Notes: generated by a model not told the origin, from the sequence alone. Shown: positions 42,142 through 53,081, counted from the stretch's first letter. The stretch is DNA of 64,000 nucleotides from Pirellulales bacterium (GCA_963773925.1 CAVZDC010000001.1:248167-312166); one strand, 5' to 3'. Translations and numbers: made by a program.

Positions 42142-42527
42142 TTTCCTTGCGATGCCTGTCGCTCGGTATTCCCACAGGGCGCCTTTCTTACGCCCCAACC
42201 CGCTCATTGCGGCGTTAATCTTGCCGGGATACGATGTTAGATACGTTCCCCAACCGATGTTCCCAACGGACATATTGGCGCCTTCTTTCCAGCGCCGCCA
42301 TGCTGCGGAAAGCGGACAGGCCAATGGGAACCCACGAATGCCACTTAGTCGGCGGGCAACCGTGCCTGCCGTCCGTATAATCAAGCCCAAGGCGATCATT
42401 CCGTACTTCATCCTCATACTCGGACTGGTCCACCCTTGGGTTGCTGGCACACACCGGCGGCATAACTAGCGCCGGCCGTTCATCCAGTGACGGGGGGCAA
42501 CTTTGACATCATCACTTTTATCTTTTT

Positions 42528-43970
42528 ATGGCTGAATGGGATGCGGAACAAATTGCTCAAAGCGCTCTCGATCGGGATTTGATCACCGAGCGTGATCTGC
42601 GCGATATCTGGGGCGAGTTGGGAACCGGCGAAGTCGATCCCGAAAAGCTCAAGCAGTTGCTGTTGCGCCGTGAGTTCGTCACCAACTATCAGCTCGAGCG
42701 CCTCCTCAGAGGCGAACGCTCCGGCTTCTTCTACGGCCCCTATAAGATCCTGTACCTCGTCGGCACAGGCACGTTCGCCCGCGTGTTCCGCGCTATGCAC
42801 AAAGAAACCCGCGAAGTGCGCGCCGTCAAAGTGCTCCGCAATCGCTTCCTTAGCGAAAAGGATAAACGCGAGCAATTCGTCCGCGAAGGCGAAATGGGCA
42901 TCACCCTGCGGCACCCGAACATCGTGCCCATCTACGAAGTCGCCAACGAAACGATCTATTGCTATCTGGTCATGGAATTCATCGAAGGCTACAACCTGCG
43001 CGAATTCTTGAAAGTCCGCAAGTTCGAGCCACCCGACGCCACCCGCCTGGCACTCGATGTATGCCGCGGACTCGATTACGCCTTCCAGCGCGGTATCTCG
43101 CACCGCGATCTGAAATCATCCAACGTATTGGTTTCCAGCTTGGGGCAGGCCAAGCTGGTCGATTTCGGCTTGGCCGGCGCCGATCCGGATCTCAGCGACG
43201 CCGAACTGGCCAAAATCGAAAACCCCCGCACCATCGATTACGCAGCCCTGGAGCGCGCCACCGGCGTTCGCAAAGACGATAGCCGCAGCGATATCTTCTT
43301 CATGGGCTGCATGTACTACCACATGCTCACCGGCAAGCCGGCCATGGAGGAAACCCGCGACCGCATCGCCCGCCTCAGCCGCAATCGCCTGGAATCCATC
43401 GTGCCCATTACTCAACTGTTGCCCGATCTGTCCAGAGACGTGCTGCTGGTCGTGCAAAAAGCCATGCAGCTCGATCCGTACCTGCGCTATCAATCGCCGG
43501 GCGAAATGGTCACCGATTTGCAAATCGTCCACGAGCGCCTGTCCAGCGGGGGAGACGGCGATGCGCGCGATCTGGCGGAAGCCCGCAAGCGCCGCACCAT
43601 CATGATCGTCGAACCCAATCCCAACATCCAGGAAACTCTGCGCAACCATTTCAAGGAGGAAGGCTACCGCGTGCTGGTCACCACCGATCCGCAGCGCCCG
43701 GCAAGCCTTTCAGGCGAGAACAAACCGCCGGCCGATTGCGTGATTTTCAGCACCGCCGGCCTGGGTCAAGAAGCCCTCGAGGCCTTCAACAATTTCGGCG
43801 GTCTGCCCGCCACCAAAACCGTGCCCGCCATCTTGCTATTGGCCGCCAAGCACAAAGACTGGGTGAGCCGCGCACAAACCAACGACTGTCACACCACCGC
43901 CACCACTCCCATCAAGATGAAAACACTGATGGAGATGATCGAGTCGCTATTGCCAGCGGAAAAACGATAA
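42528..43970 (+). CDS. serine/threonine protein kinase with C-terminal receiver-like domain
   Basis: VGTGTFARVF...RAVKVL...HRDLKSSNVL...VDFGLAG. The C-terminal ~120 aa (RRTIMIVEPNPNI...DCVIFSTAGLG...AILLLAAKH...PIKMKTL) has a CheY-like beta/alpha pattern. Confidence 0.85.
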   Translation: MAEWDAEQIAQSALDRDLITERDLRDIWGELGTGEVDPEKLKQLLLRREFVTNYQLERLLRGERSGFFYGPYKILYLVGTGTFARVFRAMHKETREVRAVKVLRNRFLSEKDKREQFVREGEMGITLRHPNIVPIYEVANETIYCYLVMEFIEGYNLREFLKVRKFEPPDATRLALDVCRGLDYAFQRGISHRDLKSSNVLVSSLGQAKLVDFGLAGADPDLSDAELAKIENPRTIDYAALERATGVRKDDSRSDIFFMGCMYYHMLTGKPAMEETRDRIARLSRNRLESIVPITQLLPDLSRDVLLVVQKAMQLDPYLRYQSPGEMVTDLQIVHERLSSGGDGDARDLAEARKRRTIMIVEPNPNIQETLRNHFKEEGYRVLVTTDPQRPASLSGENKPPADCVIFSTAGLGQEALEAFNNFGGLPATKTVPAILLLAAKHKDWVSRAQTNDCHTTATTPIKMKTLMEMIESLLPAEKR

Positions 43971-44040
43971 ATGCTAAACATAAATGCTAAACGAGCGTTC
44001 GCCCGCATTACATTTATCGTTTAGCGTTTATCATTTTTCG
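43958..44040. terminator. hairpin with ATAAATGCTAAAC x2 arms spanning the kinase stop codon and abutting the UDG stop
   Basis: Left arm ggaaaaacgataaatgctaaacataaatgctaaacg. Right arm catttatcgtttagcgtttatcatttttcg. The arms differ only by three transitions over about 28 nt. Confidence 0.55.
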
Positions 44041-44043
44041 TTC

Positions 44044-44872
44044 TCACAGCTCCACCCCCTGTTGCCGCATCAGCAACTTCAAGTCTTCCCAAGCATCCAC
44101 CTTCGCCGCCGGATTCCGCAGCAGATACGCAGGATGATACGAGCACACCACCGGGATTCCGCGATACTGATGCACTTTCCCGCGCAGCTTCCCGATGCCT
44201 TGCTCGGTGCTCAGTAGCGCCTTCGACGCCACGCTGCCCAAGCAGCAGATGATTTCCGGATGGATGATCTCCAACTGCCGCTCGAAATAACCGCGGCAAT
44301 TGGCCACCTCATCCGGCAGCGGATTGCGATTCTCCGGCGGTCGGCACTTGAGCACGTTTAGAATGTACACGTCTTCCCGCTTGAGCTTGCACGCCGCCAG
44401 CATTTTGTTCAACAACTGTCCGCCCCGCCCGACAAACGGTTCGCCCAGCCGGTCTTCGTCCGCCCCGGGCGCTTCGCCAAAGAAACAAATCTTCGCATTG
44501 GGATTGCCCACGCCAAACACCGTTTGCGTCCGGCTATCGGCCAGCACCTTGCAGCGCGTGCACGCCGCCACTTCACAGCGCACCACTTCCAGGGCGGCCG
44601 CGCTGCTCCGGCGCCACCAAATTCTCCGCCGCCGGCCCATCAAACAGCGACCGCGCCACAACCCCGCTTGATGTCCTCTCCTCATTTAGCCGCCGGGCTT
44701 GCCCGGCGTGAACTCCCTCTCCCTCAGCCAGAGGGCCGGGGTGAGGGTGTTTCGCTTGCGCTGCCTTCCCTTTCGGCAACTGCATCACCCCCGCCTGCTC
44801 CAAACTTTCCAACTGCTGAAGCACAACGCGCTCGACCTTTTTCCTCGGATCAGCCGCGGCTTTACTCATCAT
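44044..44872 (-). CDS. uracil-DNA glycosylase, family 4, with N-terminal extension (one frameshift near 44595)
   Basis: GEAPGADEDRLGEPFVGRGGQLL...KCRPPENRNP...HPAYLLRNP. N-terminal MMSKAAADPRKKVERVVLQQLESLEQAGVMQLPK... (ORF 44573-45025) joins at ...APEQ/SAAALEVVRCEVAACTRC. Confidence 0.8.
44685..44748. repeat. REP family 3 copy 2 (44685-44710) plus REP family 2 copy 1 (44713-44748), lying in frame inside the UDG N-terminal linker
   Basis: tttagccgccgggcttgcccggcgtg + ctccctctccctcagccagagggccggggtgagggt. Translated on the minus strand as ...KHPHPGPLAEGEGVHAGQARRLNE.... Confidence 0.65.
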
Positions 44873-44973
44873 TGGCTCCTTGCACATTGACACCGCTCCC
44901 AGTATACGGAACGGCTGAAGACTGGGAATCCCGCCGCTTATTCTCCATTCCACACTCCCCATTCCCCATTCGG

Positions 44974-46142
44974 ATGCCCGATCCCCTCGCCTGGCTCGAC
45001 GACGAATTAGCGGCGCTGGACGCACAGCACCTGCGCCGCCGGCTCGTCACGCGCTCGGGCCCGCAATCCGCCACGATCGAAATCGACGGCCGCACGCTCA
45101 TCAACTTCGGCGCCAACGATTATCTTGGCCTCGCCGCCGATCCGCGCCCGGCCGCCGCAGCCGCCAAAGCTGCTCAGCAAGAAGGCTGGGGCGCCGGCGC
45201 CAGTCCACTTGTCACCGGCCACTCAGTCTCGCACACCGAATTGGAACGGCGTCTCGCGGAGTTTGAAGGCACTGAAGCAGCACTGGTATTCACTTCCGGC
45301 TTCGCCGCCAACCTCGGCACAGTCGCGGCACTGGTTGATCGAGAGGATGCGATTTACGCCGACGCCAAAAATCACGCCAGCCTCATCGACGGCTGCCGAT
45401 TATCCCGCGCCGAAGTGCACGTCTACCGCCACGCCGACGTCGATCACTTGGCCGAACTGCTCCGCGATTCGTCTCGCTATCGCCGCCGCCTGATCGTCAC
45501 CGACACACTGTTCAGCATGGACGGCGACCTTGCGCCACTAGATAAAATCGCCGAGCTTGCCGAAAAACACTCCGCCATGCTGATGGTCGATGAAGCCCAC
45601 GCCACCGGCGTCTTCGGCGCAAAGGGGAGGGGAGTCGCCGAACATCTCGGCATCGAACGCGGCATCCACATCCGCATGGGCACGCTCAGCAAAGCACTCG
45701 GCTGCGCCGGCGGTTTCGTCGCCGGCAGCCGCAATCTGATCGATTGGCTCGTAAACCGCGCCCGCTCCTACATCTTCTCCACCGCTTTTCCGCCGGCCGT
45801 CGCCGCCGCTGCCATTGCCGCGCTCGACATCGTGCGCGACGAGCCGAATCGCCGCCGCGAACTGCTCAATCGCGCCGCAGCACTGCGCACCAGCCTGATC
45901 GCCCAAGGCCACAACATCGGCCGCTCACAAAGCCAAATCATCCCCATCTACCTCGGCGACCCCGAGCGCACCATGAATCTGCGCAATCCCTGCGCGACCG
46001 CGGCCTCTTCGTCCCCGGCATCCGCCCCCCCTCGGTCCCCGCCGGCGAATCGCTGCTGCGCCTCAGCCTCAGCGCCCCTCACACGCCGCAAATGATCGAA
46101 CATTTACTGAACGCACTGAGCCAACCGCCCTCTTCAAAATAG
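44974..46142 (+). CDS. bioF: 8-amino-7-oxononanoate synthase (one frameshift near 45980)
   Basis: MPDPLAWLDDELAALDAQHLRRRL...NDYLGLA...DEAHATGVFG...GTLSKALG (PLP lysine). The C-terminus ...SLRDRGLFVPGIRPPSVPAGESLLRLSLSAPHTPQMIEHLL is in ORF 45744-46142. Confidence 0.85.
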
Positions 46143-46180
46143 CCGGATGGGCAACGCCCTCCGGAGCACCGCCAAAAAAA
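46135..46180. repeat. REP family 1, copy c, overlapping the bioF stop codon
   Basis: caaaatagccggatgggcaacgccctccggagcaccgccaaaaaaa. Confidence 0.7.
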
Positions 46181-46574
46181 TCCTCCAACGTCGTTTAGCC
46201 GCGACGCGAAGTCCTCGTAGCGGAGCGCGTAACAGAGCCCGCAGCGCAAGCAAGGGACCCCCTGGCCCAAAAACTTCCTTGCCAATTGAGCCACTTTCGT
46301 GCTAAGACAAACCCAGACGATGCGGCCAATTGAGCTCAGCCAAAGTAGCAGGGCCGACATAGGAAGTCCGCCACTGGCGTGCCGACATCGGGAAGCCTTT
46401 CGCCGCCTGGGATTGCCGTGCCACGGGGTTAGCGTGGGCAGAAACACAACTCGGGGCGGTCACCATCAGGCACTAACCCGCGTGCTCGCTGCTCAAGTAG
46501 CAGTCGGGCAGGCAAGCGAGAAAGCCGGCTGGCTTTGATCCCGGTCGACGCTTGTCGGCGACGGTTGGTTGTAA

Positions 46575-46610
46575 CCCCTCTCCCTCCCAGGGAGAGGGCG
46601 GGGTGAGGGT
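46575..46610. repeat. REP family 2 (CTCTCCCTC...GAGGGC-GGGGTGAGGGT), copy 2
   Basis: cccctctccctcccagggagagggcggggtgagggt. Compare 44713-44748. Confidence 0.65.
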
Positions 46611-46960
46611 CGTGGCCAATACCACAGACAGCTCTCCACACAACCTCGCGCACCGTCGTTATTTTTTAAGGCCCGACTGCGAAAAAGCAGCGAGCGCCAA
46701 ATTTCCCTAAGCGCTTTTTCCCGCGCCAATGCAATTCCGCGCGCCGCGTCTAGCCCCTTGGCCGAAAGGGCGAAGCTCCCGCCGAGCCGAAATCAACATT
46801 CAAATCACTCTCGCGCAAAGGCGTAGGGAAAAAGAAGTCGAATTCCGAAAATTAAATCCCTTCCCTGCTCCGCGCTCTCTGCGCTCTGCGCGAAACCTTT
46901 CTGCCCTTCTCAGCGCTGGGCGCCTTTGCGTGAGAGAATTCGGGGGCCTCAAGCAGCCAA

Positions 46961-46989
46961 TTGCTGCTGCGGATTGCGACCTGTATAAT
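46961..46989 (+). promoter_or_regulatory. sigma70-type promoter candidate TTGCTG-N17-TATAAT for gap
   Basis: TTGCTG at 46961-46966 and TATAAT at 46984-46989 (preceded by TG). AGGAGA at 47034-47039, 7 nt before GTG 47047. Confidence 0.45.
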
Positions 46990-47019
46990 TTGCGGTTCGC
47001 ATCAAATCGAAAATGTTGA

Positions 47020-48090
<1,071 letters not shown>

Positions 48091-48102
48091 AGGAGCAGTG
48101 AA

Positions 48103-49133
48103 TCATCGCGTCGGCGACCAGCCTGGCGTGCCGCGCTCAGATCGTTGTGATGCAGCGGACGCAGTCTCGGTCGGATCGTCCGCGCGATTGGGTTCGTACA
48201 CGCTGCGGTGATCGTTCTGGCGATCCTCCTCATTACCGGTCAGCGAGGTCTTCGATTTCCGCCATTTGCCCGGCCCCTCGTCGGCCAACTGCACCTCGAT
48301 CGGCAAACTGGCATCCAATCGCCGGCCATCATACGTCGTAAATCGCACGAATAGCCGCAAATCGCTGTGCTCCGGCGGCGTCGACCAGGGCAGCTCGAAA
48401 TGCAGCGATCCGCCGTCGCGATTGCGGCGCACGTGCCGCGCCACTTCGTCGGCATCGAACTTCCATCGGCCGATCCGCGCTCGGCTTTTCGGCAGGGCCG
48501 GATCGACCACCACGATCGTCACATCGCCCGGCGCCAGCACGCGGCCGTCTTGGCCGTCGCGCTGTTCGATCACGACGCTCAATTGTTCGTTGCCGGGCTG
48601 GCCTTCGGCATCGATGCCGCCATTCAAGCCCGGGTCGAGCACGATATGATCAACATTCGCGTCCGCATTCATCCGTTCCGCCGGGCGCAGTTGGCTCTTG
48701 TCTGGCCCCACGCCGGACGTCTGCGCCACGTCGAATTTGGACGGCACCGCGGAAGATCGAGGCGCCGGAGCCGAGCCTGCGCGCTGGGCGGCGCTTCAAT
48801 TCCCGGTTCCACGCTCGGCAGGGGCGGTATTGCCGGCAACCGCGGCGCCGTTCCGCCAGCACCGCCCGAGGGGGCGCTTCGGTCCGGTGCGCCGCCGGGT
48901 CGCTCGCGCAAAACGTCCGCCTGCCGCTGCAACGAATCCGCCTGCGCTTTGGCAGCTTCCAGTTCGCGCTGCGTATCTTCCAGTTGCCATTTCAGACGGT
49001 AAATGCAGTCTTCCTCCAGGCGCAGCTCGCGCTGGAGCAATTGCTGGTTGACACGCGCCTGATACAGGCACCCCGTCGACAGCGCAAGGGGCAACAAAAT
49101 GGCAAGCAGGCCCGTTCTCATATTTCGCCTCAT
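48103..49133 (-). CDS. lipoprotein with N-terminal coiled coil (one frameshift near 48760)
   Basis: Lipobox LLPLALSTGC in ORF 48669-49133, followed by LQRELRLEEDCIYRLKWQLEDTQRELEAAKAQADSLQRQ. The C-terminal domain is in ORF 48103-48747. Confidence 0.55.
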
Positions 49134-49180
49134 GCGTAAAAACGGACAGCCACGGCATCATGCCGCGGCATGCAAACTAT

Positions 49181-49267
49181 CGAATGACCAATGACCAAGC
49201 ACGAATGACCAAAGGGTCGAAGCGCAAATAATAATTAGTCATTGGGATTTGGTCATTGGTCATTGCG
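49181..49267 (-). terminator. hairpin with CAATGAC tandem-unit arms; the right arm overlaps the clpP1 stop codon
   Basis: Left arm cgaatgaccaatgaccaagcacgaatgaccaaag. Right arm ttagtcattgggatttggtcattggtcattgcg. The core aatgaccaatgaccaa pairs perfectly over 16 nt. Confidence 0.6.
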
Positions 49268-49856
49268 TTTTCACTTCCATGTGCTCGATCACCTGATCGA
49301 TCAGCTTATATTCCATCGCTTCCTGGGCCGACATAAATCGATCGCGATCCGTATCCTGTTCGATCTTTTCCAGCGGGTGCCCGGTATGCTTGAGCAAAAT
49401 GGCATTCAGCCGCTGCTTCACTTTCTTGAATTCCTTGGCGTGAATCATGATCTCTTCCGCGGTGCCTTCGGCGCCTGCCAGCGGCTGGTGGATCATCACG
49501 CGGGCATTGGGCAACGCCCGGCGTTTTCCGGCTGCGCCGGCCGTGAGCAACACCGCGCCCATCGAAGCTGCTTGCCCGATGCAGTACGTCGCCACGTCGC
49601 AAGTGACAAACTGCATGGTGTCGTAAATCGCCAGGCCCGCCGACACGCTGCCGCCGGGCGAATTCAAATACAAGTGAATGTCGGCCTTCGGATCCTCCGA
49701 TTGCAAAAACAGCAACTGCGCCACCACGCTGTTAGCCACCTCGTCGTTGATGGCGGTGCCCAGGAAAACGATCCGATCTTTCAGCAGGCGGCTGTAAATA
49801 TCCATCGCCCGCTCTTCGCGGCCCGTCTTCTCGATGACAAAGGGAATTAGGGTCAT
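49260..49856 (-). CDS. clpP: ATP-dependent Clp protease proteolytic subunit (paralog 1)
   Basis: Intact 198-aa ORF. ...[14 protein letters not shown]...[17 protein letters not shown]...[11 protein letters not shown]...MIHQP.... Confidence 0.95.
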   Translation of the reverse strand: MTLIPFVIEKTGREERAMDIYSRLLKDRIVFLGTAINDEVANSVVAQLLFLQSEDPKADIHLYLNSPGGSVSAGLAIYDTMQFVTCDVATYCIGQAASMGAVLLTAGAAGKRRALPNARVMIHQPLAGAEGTAEEIMIHAKEFKKVKQRLNAILLKHTGHPLEKIEQDTDRDRFMSAQEAMEYKLIDQVIEHMEVKTQ

Positions 49857-50504
49857 GCTTTTTCCTCGTCCTCGTCGGTTTGCACCGGCGGCTTGGTGAG
49901 CACTTCATCGACCAGGCCGTATTCTTTCGCCTCTGGCGCAGTGAGGTAACGATCGCGATCGGTATCCTTGGCGATCCGCTCGATCGGCTGGCCGGTGTGC
50001 TTGGCCAGAATCTGATTGAGCGATTCGCGGGTTTTGAGAATCTCGTCGGCTTGAATTTCGATATCCGATACCTGACCGCCCACCTGGCCATACGGCTGAT
50101 GAATCATCACTTTGGCGTGCGACAGCGCGTAGCGTTTCCCCTTGGTTCCGCCGGCCAACAGCACCGCCCCGCCGCTGGCAGCCAGCCCAACGCAGTACGT
50201 GGCCACGGGACACGACAGAATTTGCATCGTATCGTAAATGGCCATCGTGGCTGTCACGCTGCCGCCGGGCGAGTTGATGTAAAAGTGCACGTCCTTGCGG
50301 CGGTTCTCGCTCTGCAGGTAAAGCAGCTTCATCACCACTTCGCTGGCGTTGCCGTCGAAGATTTCGCCCTGCAGCAAAATGATGCGGTTTTCCAGCAGCA
50401 AATCGCCCAGGGTCAGCATCCGCTGCCGCTGATAATCGCGGTACGAGAGGCGCGGATCGATCGGCCCTAATGGCGAAAGCGGCGCTGGCGAAAATGAGAT
50501 TCAT
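49853..50504 (-). CDS. clpP: ATP-dependent Clp protease proteolytic subunit (paralog 2; one frameshift near 50480 close to the start)
   Basis: ...[17 protein letters not shown]...[11 protein letters not shown]...MIHQP.... The frame is open upstream to ...[25 protein letters not shown], but the only ATG (50504) is in another frame. 4-bp overlap with clpP1. Confidence 0.85.
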
Positions 50505-50516
50505 GCTTCCGTCCTT

Positions 50517-50545
50517 GCGATACGCACTCAAACGAATCGTATCGC
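50517..50545 (-). promoter_or_regulatory. 8-bp perfect stem-loop (gcgatacg-N13-cgtatcgc) between tig and clpP2
   Basis: Seen directly in the 51-nt tig-clpP2 spacer. Possible partial terminator or processing site. Confidence 0.35.
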
Positions 50546-50555
50546 CCTGCGAATT

Positions 50556-52050
50556 CTACAGGCGTTCCTGCGATTCGCGTAGGGGCTGGGCTTCGCCTGT
50601 TTGAGCCTCGGGAATGTCTTCCTCGGCTTCCCCGCCGGCGGCCGACTCGTCAACCGCTTCCGTTTCCAACGATTCCAATTTGAAAGGCACGTCCTTGAAC
50701 TTCGCGTGCTTCAGCACCAGCTCGATCGTTTTGCGCTCGATGATCTGGTTTCGCAACACATCCATCAAATTACGCTTTTCCAATTGAGCGCGCACGCGGC
50801 GGGAGCTTTCGCCGCTTTGCGCGGCGATCAGCTTGATTTCGGCATCGTAATCGGCTGGTTCATCCTCGATTTTTTCCGCCTCGGCAATGCGCTCCAGAAT
50901 GAAATGCTCCTTGAGCGCCCGGGCCGTGCTAACCGCACTGTTTTGCCGCAATTCGTTTTCATGCGCCTGGATTTGATCGTCGCTGAAGCCGCTGCGGCGC
51001 AATTCCAAAACGGCCCGTTCCAGTTCTCGGTGGCTTTGCCGCTTGAGCAGTGACGGCGGCAATTCCCAATTGGCACTGGCTACCAGTGCCTGCGTAATCT
51101 GCTGCCGGTGCACGCTGCTGCCGGTGATATTCCAACTGCCGCTGCAACTCGTCCTTCAAAGCATCGCGCAGTTCGCTCCTCCGATTTCAACCCGCCCAAC
51201 TCTTCCAAAAACGACGGGGTCAATTCGGGCAATTCGAGCTTCTTCACTTCCAGCACTTCGAAGCTGGCGGTGATGGTTTTGCCGCGCAATTCTTCGTTCG
51301 GGGCGTCGGCCGAAATCTTGGCCTTGGATTCGCGGGTTTCGCCCGCCTTAACGCCGACCATCAGCTTGTCGAACTTTTCAATATTGCCGTCGCGGAAACT
51401 CAGCGTGGGGCGAATGCACAGCACTTGTTCTTCGCTGCGCGAAATCACATTCTCGCCGTCCTTGAACGTGATGTTGACCGAAAGATAATCGCCCAATTCG
51501 GCCTTGCCTTCGTGCGGCACCAGCTTGCCGCGGCGGGCCAACAACTGCTGCAATTGCTGATCGACGTCTTTCTCGGTGAATTCACGTGTCGGCCGTTCGA
51601 CGCTCAGGCCCTTCCACTGCGGCAGATCGAATTCCGGCCGCACTTCGATGTCGAATTCAAACGTCATCGGCCCTTCGTCGGGAACTTCCACGGCGGCCAA
51701 ATTCAAATCGGGCTCGCTAATGGCGGCCAGCTTGTTGTCTTCGGAGATTTGCGCCATCGCGTCCATCAGCAAGACTGCTTTTCACCTGATCTTTCACTTC
51801 CTTGCGGAAGCGATGCTCCACCAGCTTTCGCGGCGCGCGGCCGGCGCGAAAGCCGGGCACCTGAGCCTCGGGCATCAATCTCGCCGAAAGCCTGATCGAA
51901 ATAGCGCTCCACATCTTCGTGCGGAATTTTTACCGTGATGTGCCGCTGGCAAGCGCTGGGGCTGTCGATCTTCACTTCCAGCTTCAGCGGCTGGCGCTCT
52001 TCCTGCTGTTCGTCCGTTTCCGGCGCGTCTTTGGTTTGACTATCTGCCAT
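50556..52050 (-). CDS. tig: trigger factor (four frameshifts, near 51875, 51775, 51175 and 51110)
   Basis: Pieces 51766-52050, 51717-51914, 51080-51772, 50959-51159 and 50556-51113 read through as ...FDQAFGE/MPEAQVPGFRAGRAPRKLVEHRFRKEVKDQVKSSL/LMDAMAQISEDNKL...LKSEE/ELRDALKDELQRQLEYHRQQR/VHRQQITQALV.... Confidence 0.85.
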
Positions 52051-52208
52051 GATGTGGCCGCAATCGATAAGGGGATGTGATTGTTCCGACTGGCTGCAGT
52101 TTACCGACTTGATTCGGCAAAAAAAGGGACCGGCGCCGAATTCGCGCCACCCTGCCGTGTCTGCGTGCGCGGAGAATTCCGGGGCCTGTCCCCCTAACTA
52201 CAGCCAAG

Positions 52209-52281
52209 AGCGGGTGATGGGATTCGAACCCACGACAACCACGTTGGCAACGTGATGCTCTACCAACTGAGCTACACCCGC
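52209..52281 (-). tRNA. tRNA-Gly (anticodon GCC)
   Basis: Reverse complement GCGGGTG TA GCTC AGTTGGTA GAGC A TCACG TTGCCAA CGTGG TTGTC GTGGG TTCGAAT CCCAT CACCCGC T. Full cloverleaf by hand. CCA not encoded. Confidence 0.92.
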
Positions 52282-52354
52282 ACACCGCCTCCGCAATGCC
52301 GCCGCTCCCGGCGCGCCGGGATGCTAGCGTCAGCTCCCCCGAGCAAACTAAGCG

Positions 52355-52382
52355 ATTATAGGTTCGCTCGATAGTGGAGCAA
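52355..52382 (-). promoter_or_regulatory. sigma70-type promoter candidate TTGCTC-N16-TATAAT (minus strand) upstream of tRNA-Gly
   Basis: Reverse complement of 52355-52382 is ttgctccactatcgagcgaacctataat, about 70 nt upstream of the tRNA 5' end. Confidence 0.35.
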
Positions 52383-52559
52383 GGTCAAACTGCCGCCGGC
52401 AGCAAAGCCAATTGGCGCTGGTTGTTAAGCTACGGCGACGGGGGTGGCCCGTCAAGGGGCCGGGGCCCATTCGCACCGTGCACAATCCGCTACGGCCGCG
52501 TCGGCATTCGCCGTCGGCTGTTGCCTTCCGCCTGCCGCTAACCGCCGACTCCCCGCTGA

Positions 52560-52588
52560 TTGCGACGCACCATGCTTGCTTCTATAGT
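52560..52588 (+). promoter_or_regulatory. sigma70-type promoter candidate TTGCGA-N17-TATAGT for the FHA gene
   Basis: TTGCGA at 52560-52565 and TATAGT at 52583-52588. ATG at 52647. Confidence 0.35.
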
Positions 52589-52646
52589 AAACTTGCAAGG
52601 ACACGTCGCGCCATTCTCATCGGTCCTTCCGCTTCGAGGCAGCACC

Positions 52647-53074
52647 ATGCACGCGAAACTCATCGTTATCGAACCCAAATTGCAACCCCACGCATACGAA
52701 CTCGAGTTGCCCGTCACCATCGGCCGCGGCGGCGAAGTCGCAGATTGCAATTGGATCATCGTTGATCAGCCGCCATCATTGCGAGCTGTACGAAGAGAAC
52801 GGCCAAATGATGGTCCGCGATTTGGGCTCCCGCAACGGCACGTTCATCCGTGGCCAGCGCGTTGAAACCGCTCCCGTGCCGGCCGGCGAACTGCTGACCG
52901 TCGGCGGCATCACATTCCGGGCAATCTATGGCGAGGAAGCTTTGCTGGCGCCGGAAGGCAAACGATCCGGCGATCGACGCGCAGGGAATCGAAACCGTGG
53001 CGATCGACGAAACCTCGCCCGTTTCCGTGCGGCCCATCGAACGCCCCAGCGATTATTCCCACAAGCTGAACTAG
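52647..53074 (+). CDS. FHA domain protein (two or three frameshifts, near 52745-52760 and 52965)
   Basis: MHAKLIVIEPKLQPHAYELELPVTIGRGGEVAD/LQLDH/PLISRHHCELYEENGQMMVRDLGSRNGTFIRGQRV...APEGKRSG/IDAQGIETVAIDETSPVSVRPIERPSDYSHKLN*. Confidence 0.7.
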
Positions 53075-53081
53075 GGCAGCA

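Noticed and set aside
41842-42450. 202-aa minus-strand ORF overlapping the small gene at 41860-42141 and the following spacer
   Set aside because: It is antisense to a better-looking ORF. The composition is not protein-like and no motifs were seen. The 42142-42527 spacer was left unannotated.
46340-46420. Riboswitch-like or RNase P-like strings: GGAAGUCCGCCACUGGCG ... CGGGAAGCC ... CGCCGCCUGGGA
   Set aside because: Fragments resemble conserved pieces of the ZTP (ACUGGCG / CCGCCUGGG), cobalamin (GCCACUGG..GGGAAGSC) and RNase P (GGAAAGUCC) RNAs. However, spacing is far too short for ZTP. The B12 box and the GGGAA-GGUG part are missing. The RNase P CR-II/III/V blocks are absent or out of order. 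No appropriate downstream gene exists. A cmscan would be needed to revisit this.
52209-52281. tRNA-Gly as an integration hotspot for a genomic island
   Set aside because: No integrase was found, I could not find a duplicated tRNA 3' segment, and the flanking genes (tig, FHA) are core genes.
52040-52285. 81-aa minus-strand ORF (MCGCSSVGRASRCQRGCRGFESHHP...)
   Set aside because: It is the translation of the tRNA-Gly gene and its flank, a typical tRNA-overlap artefact.
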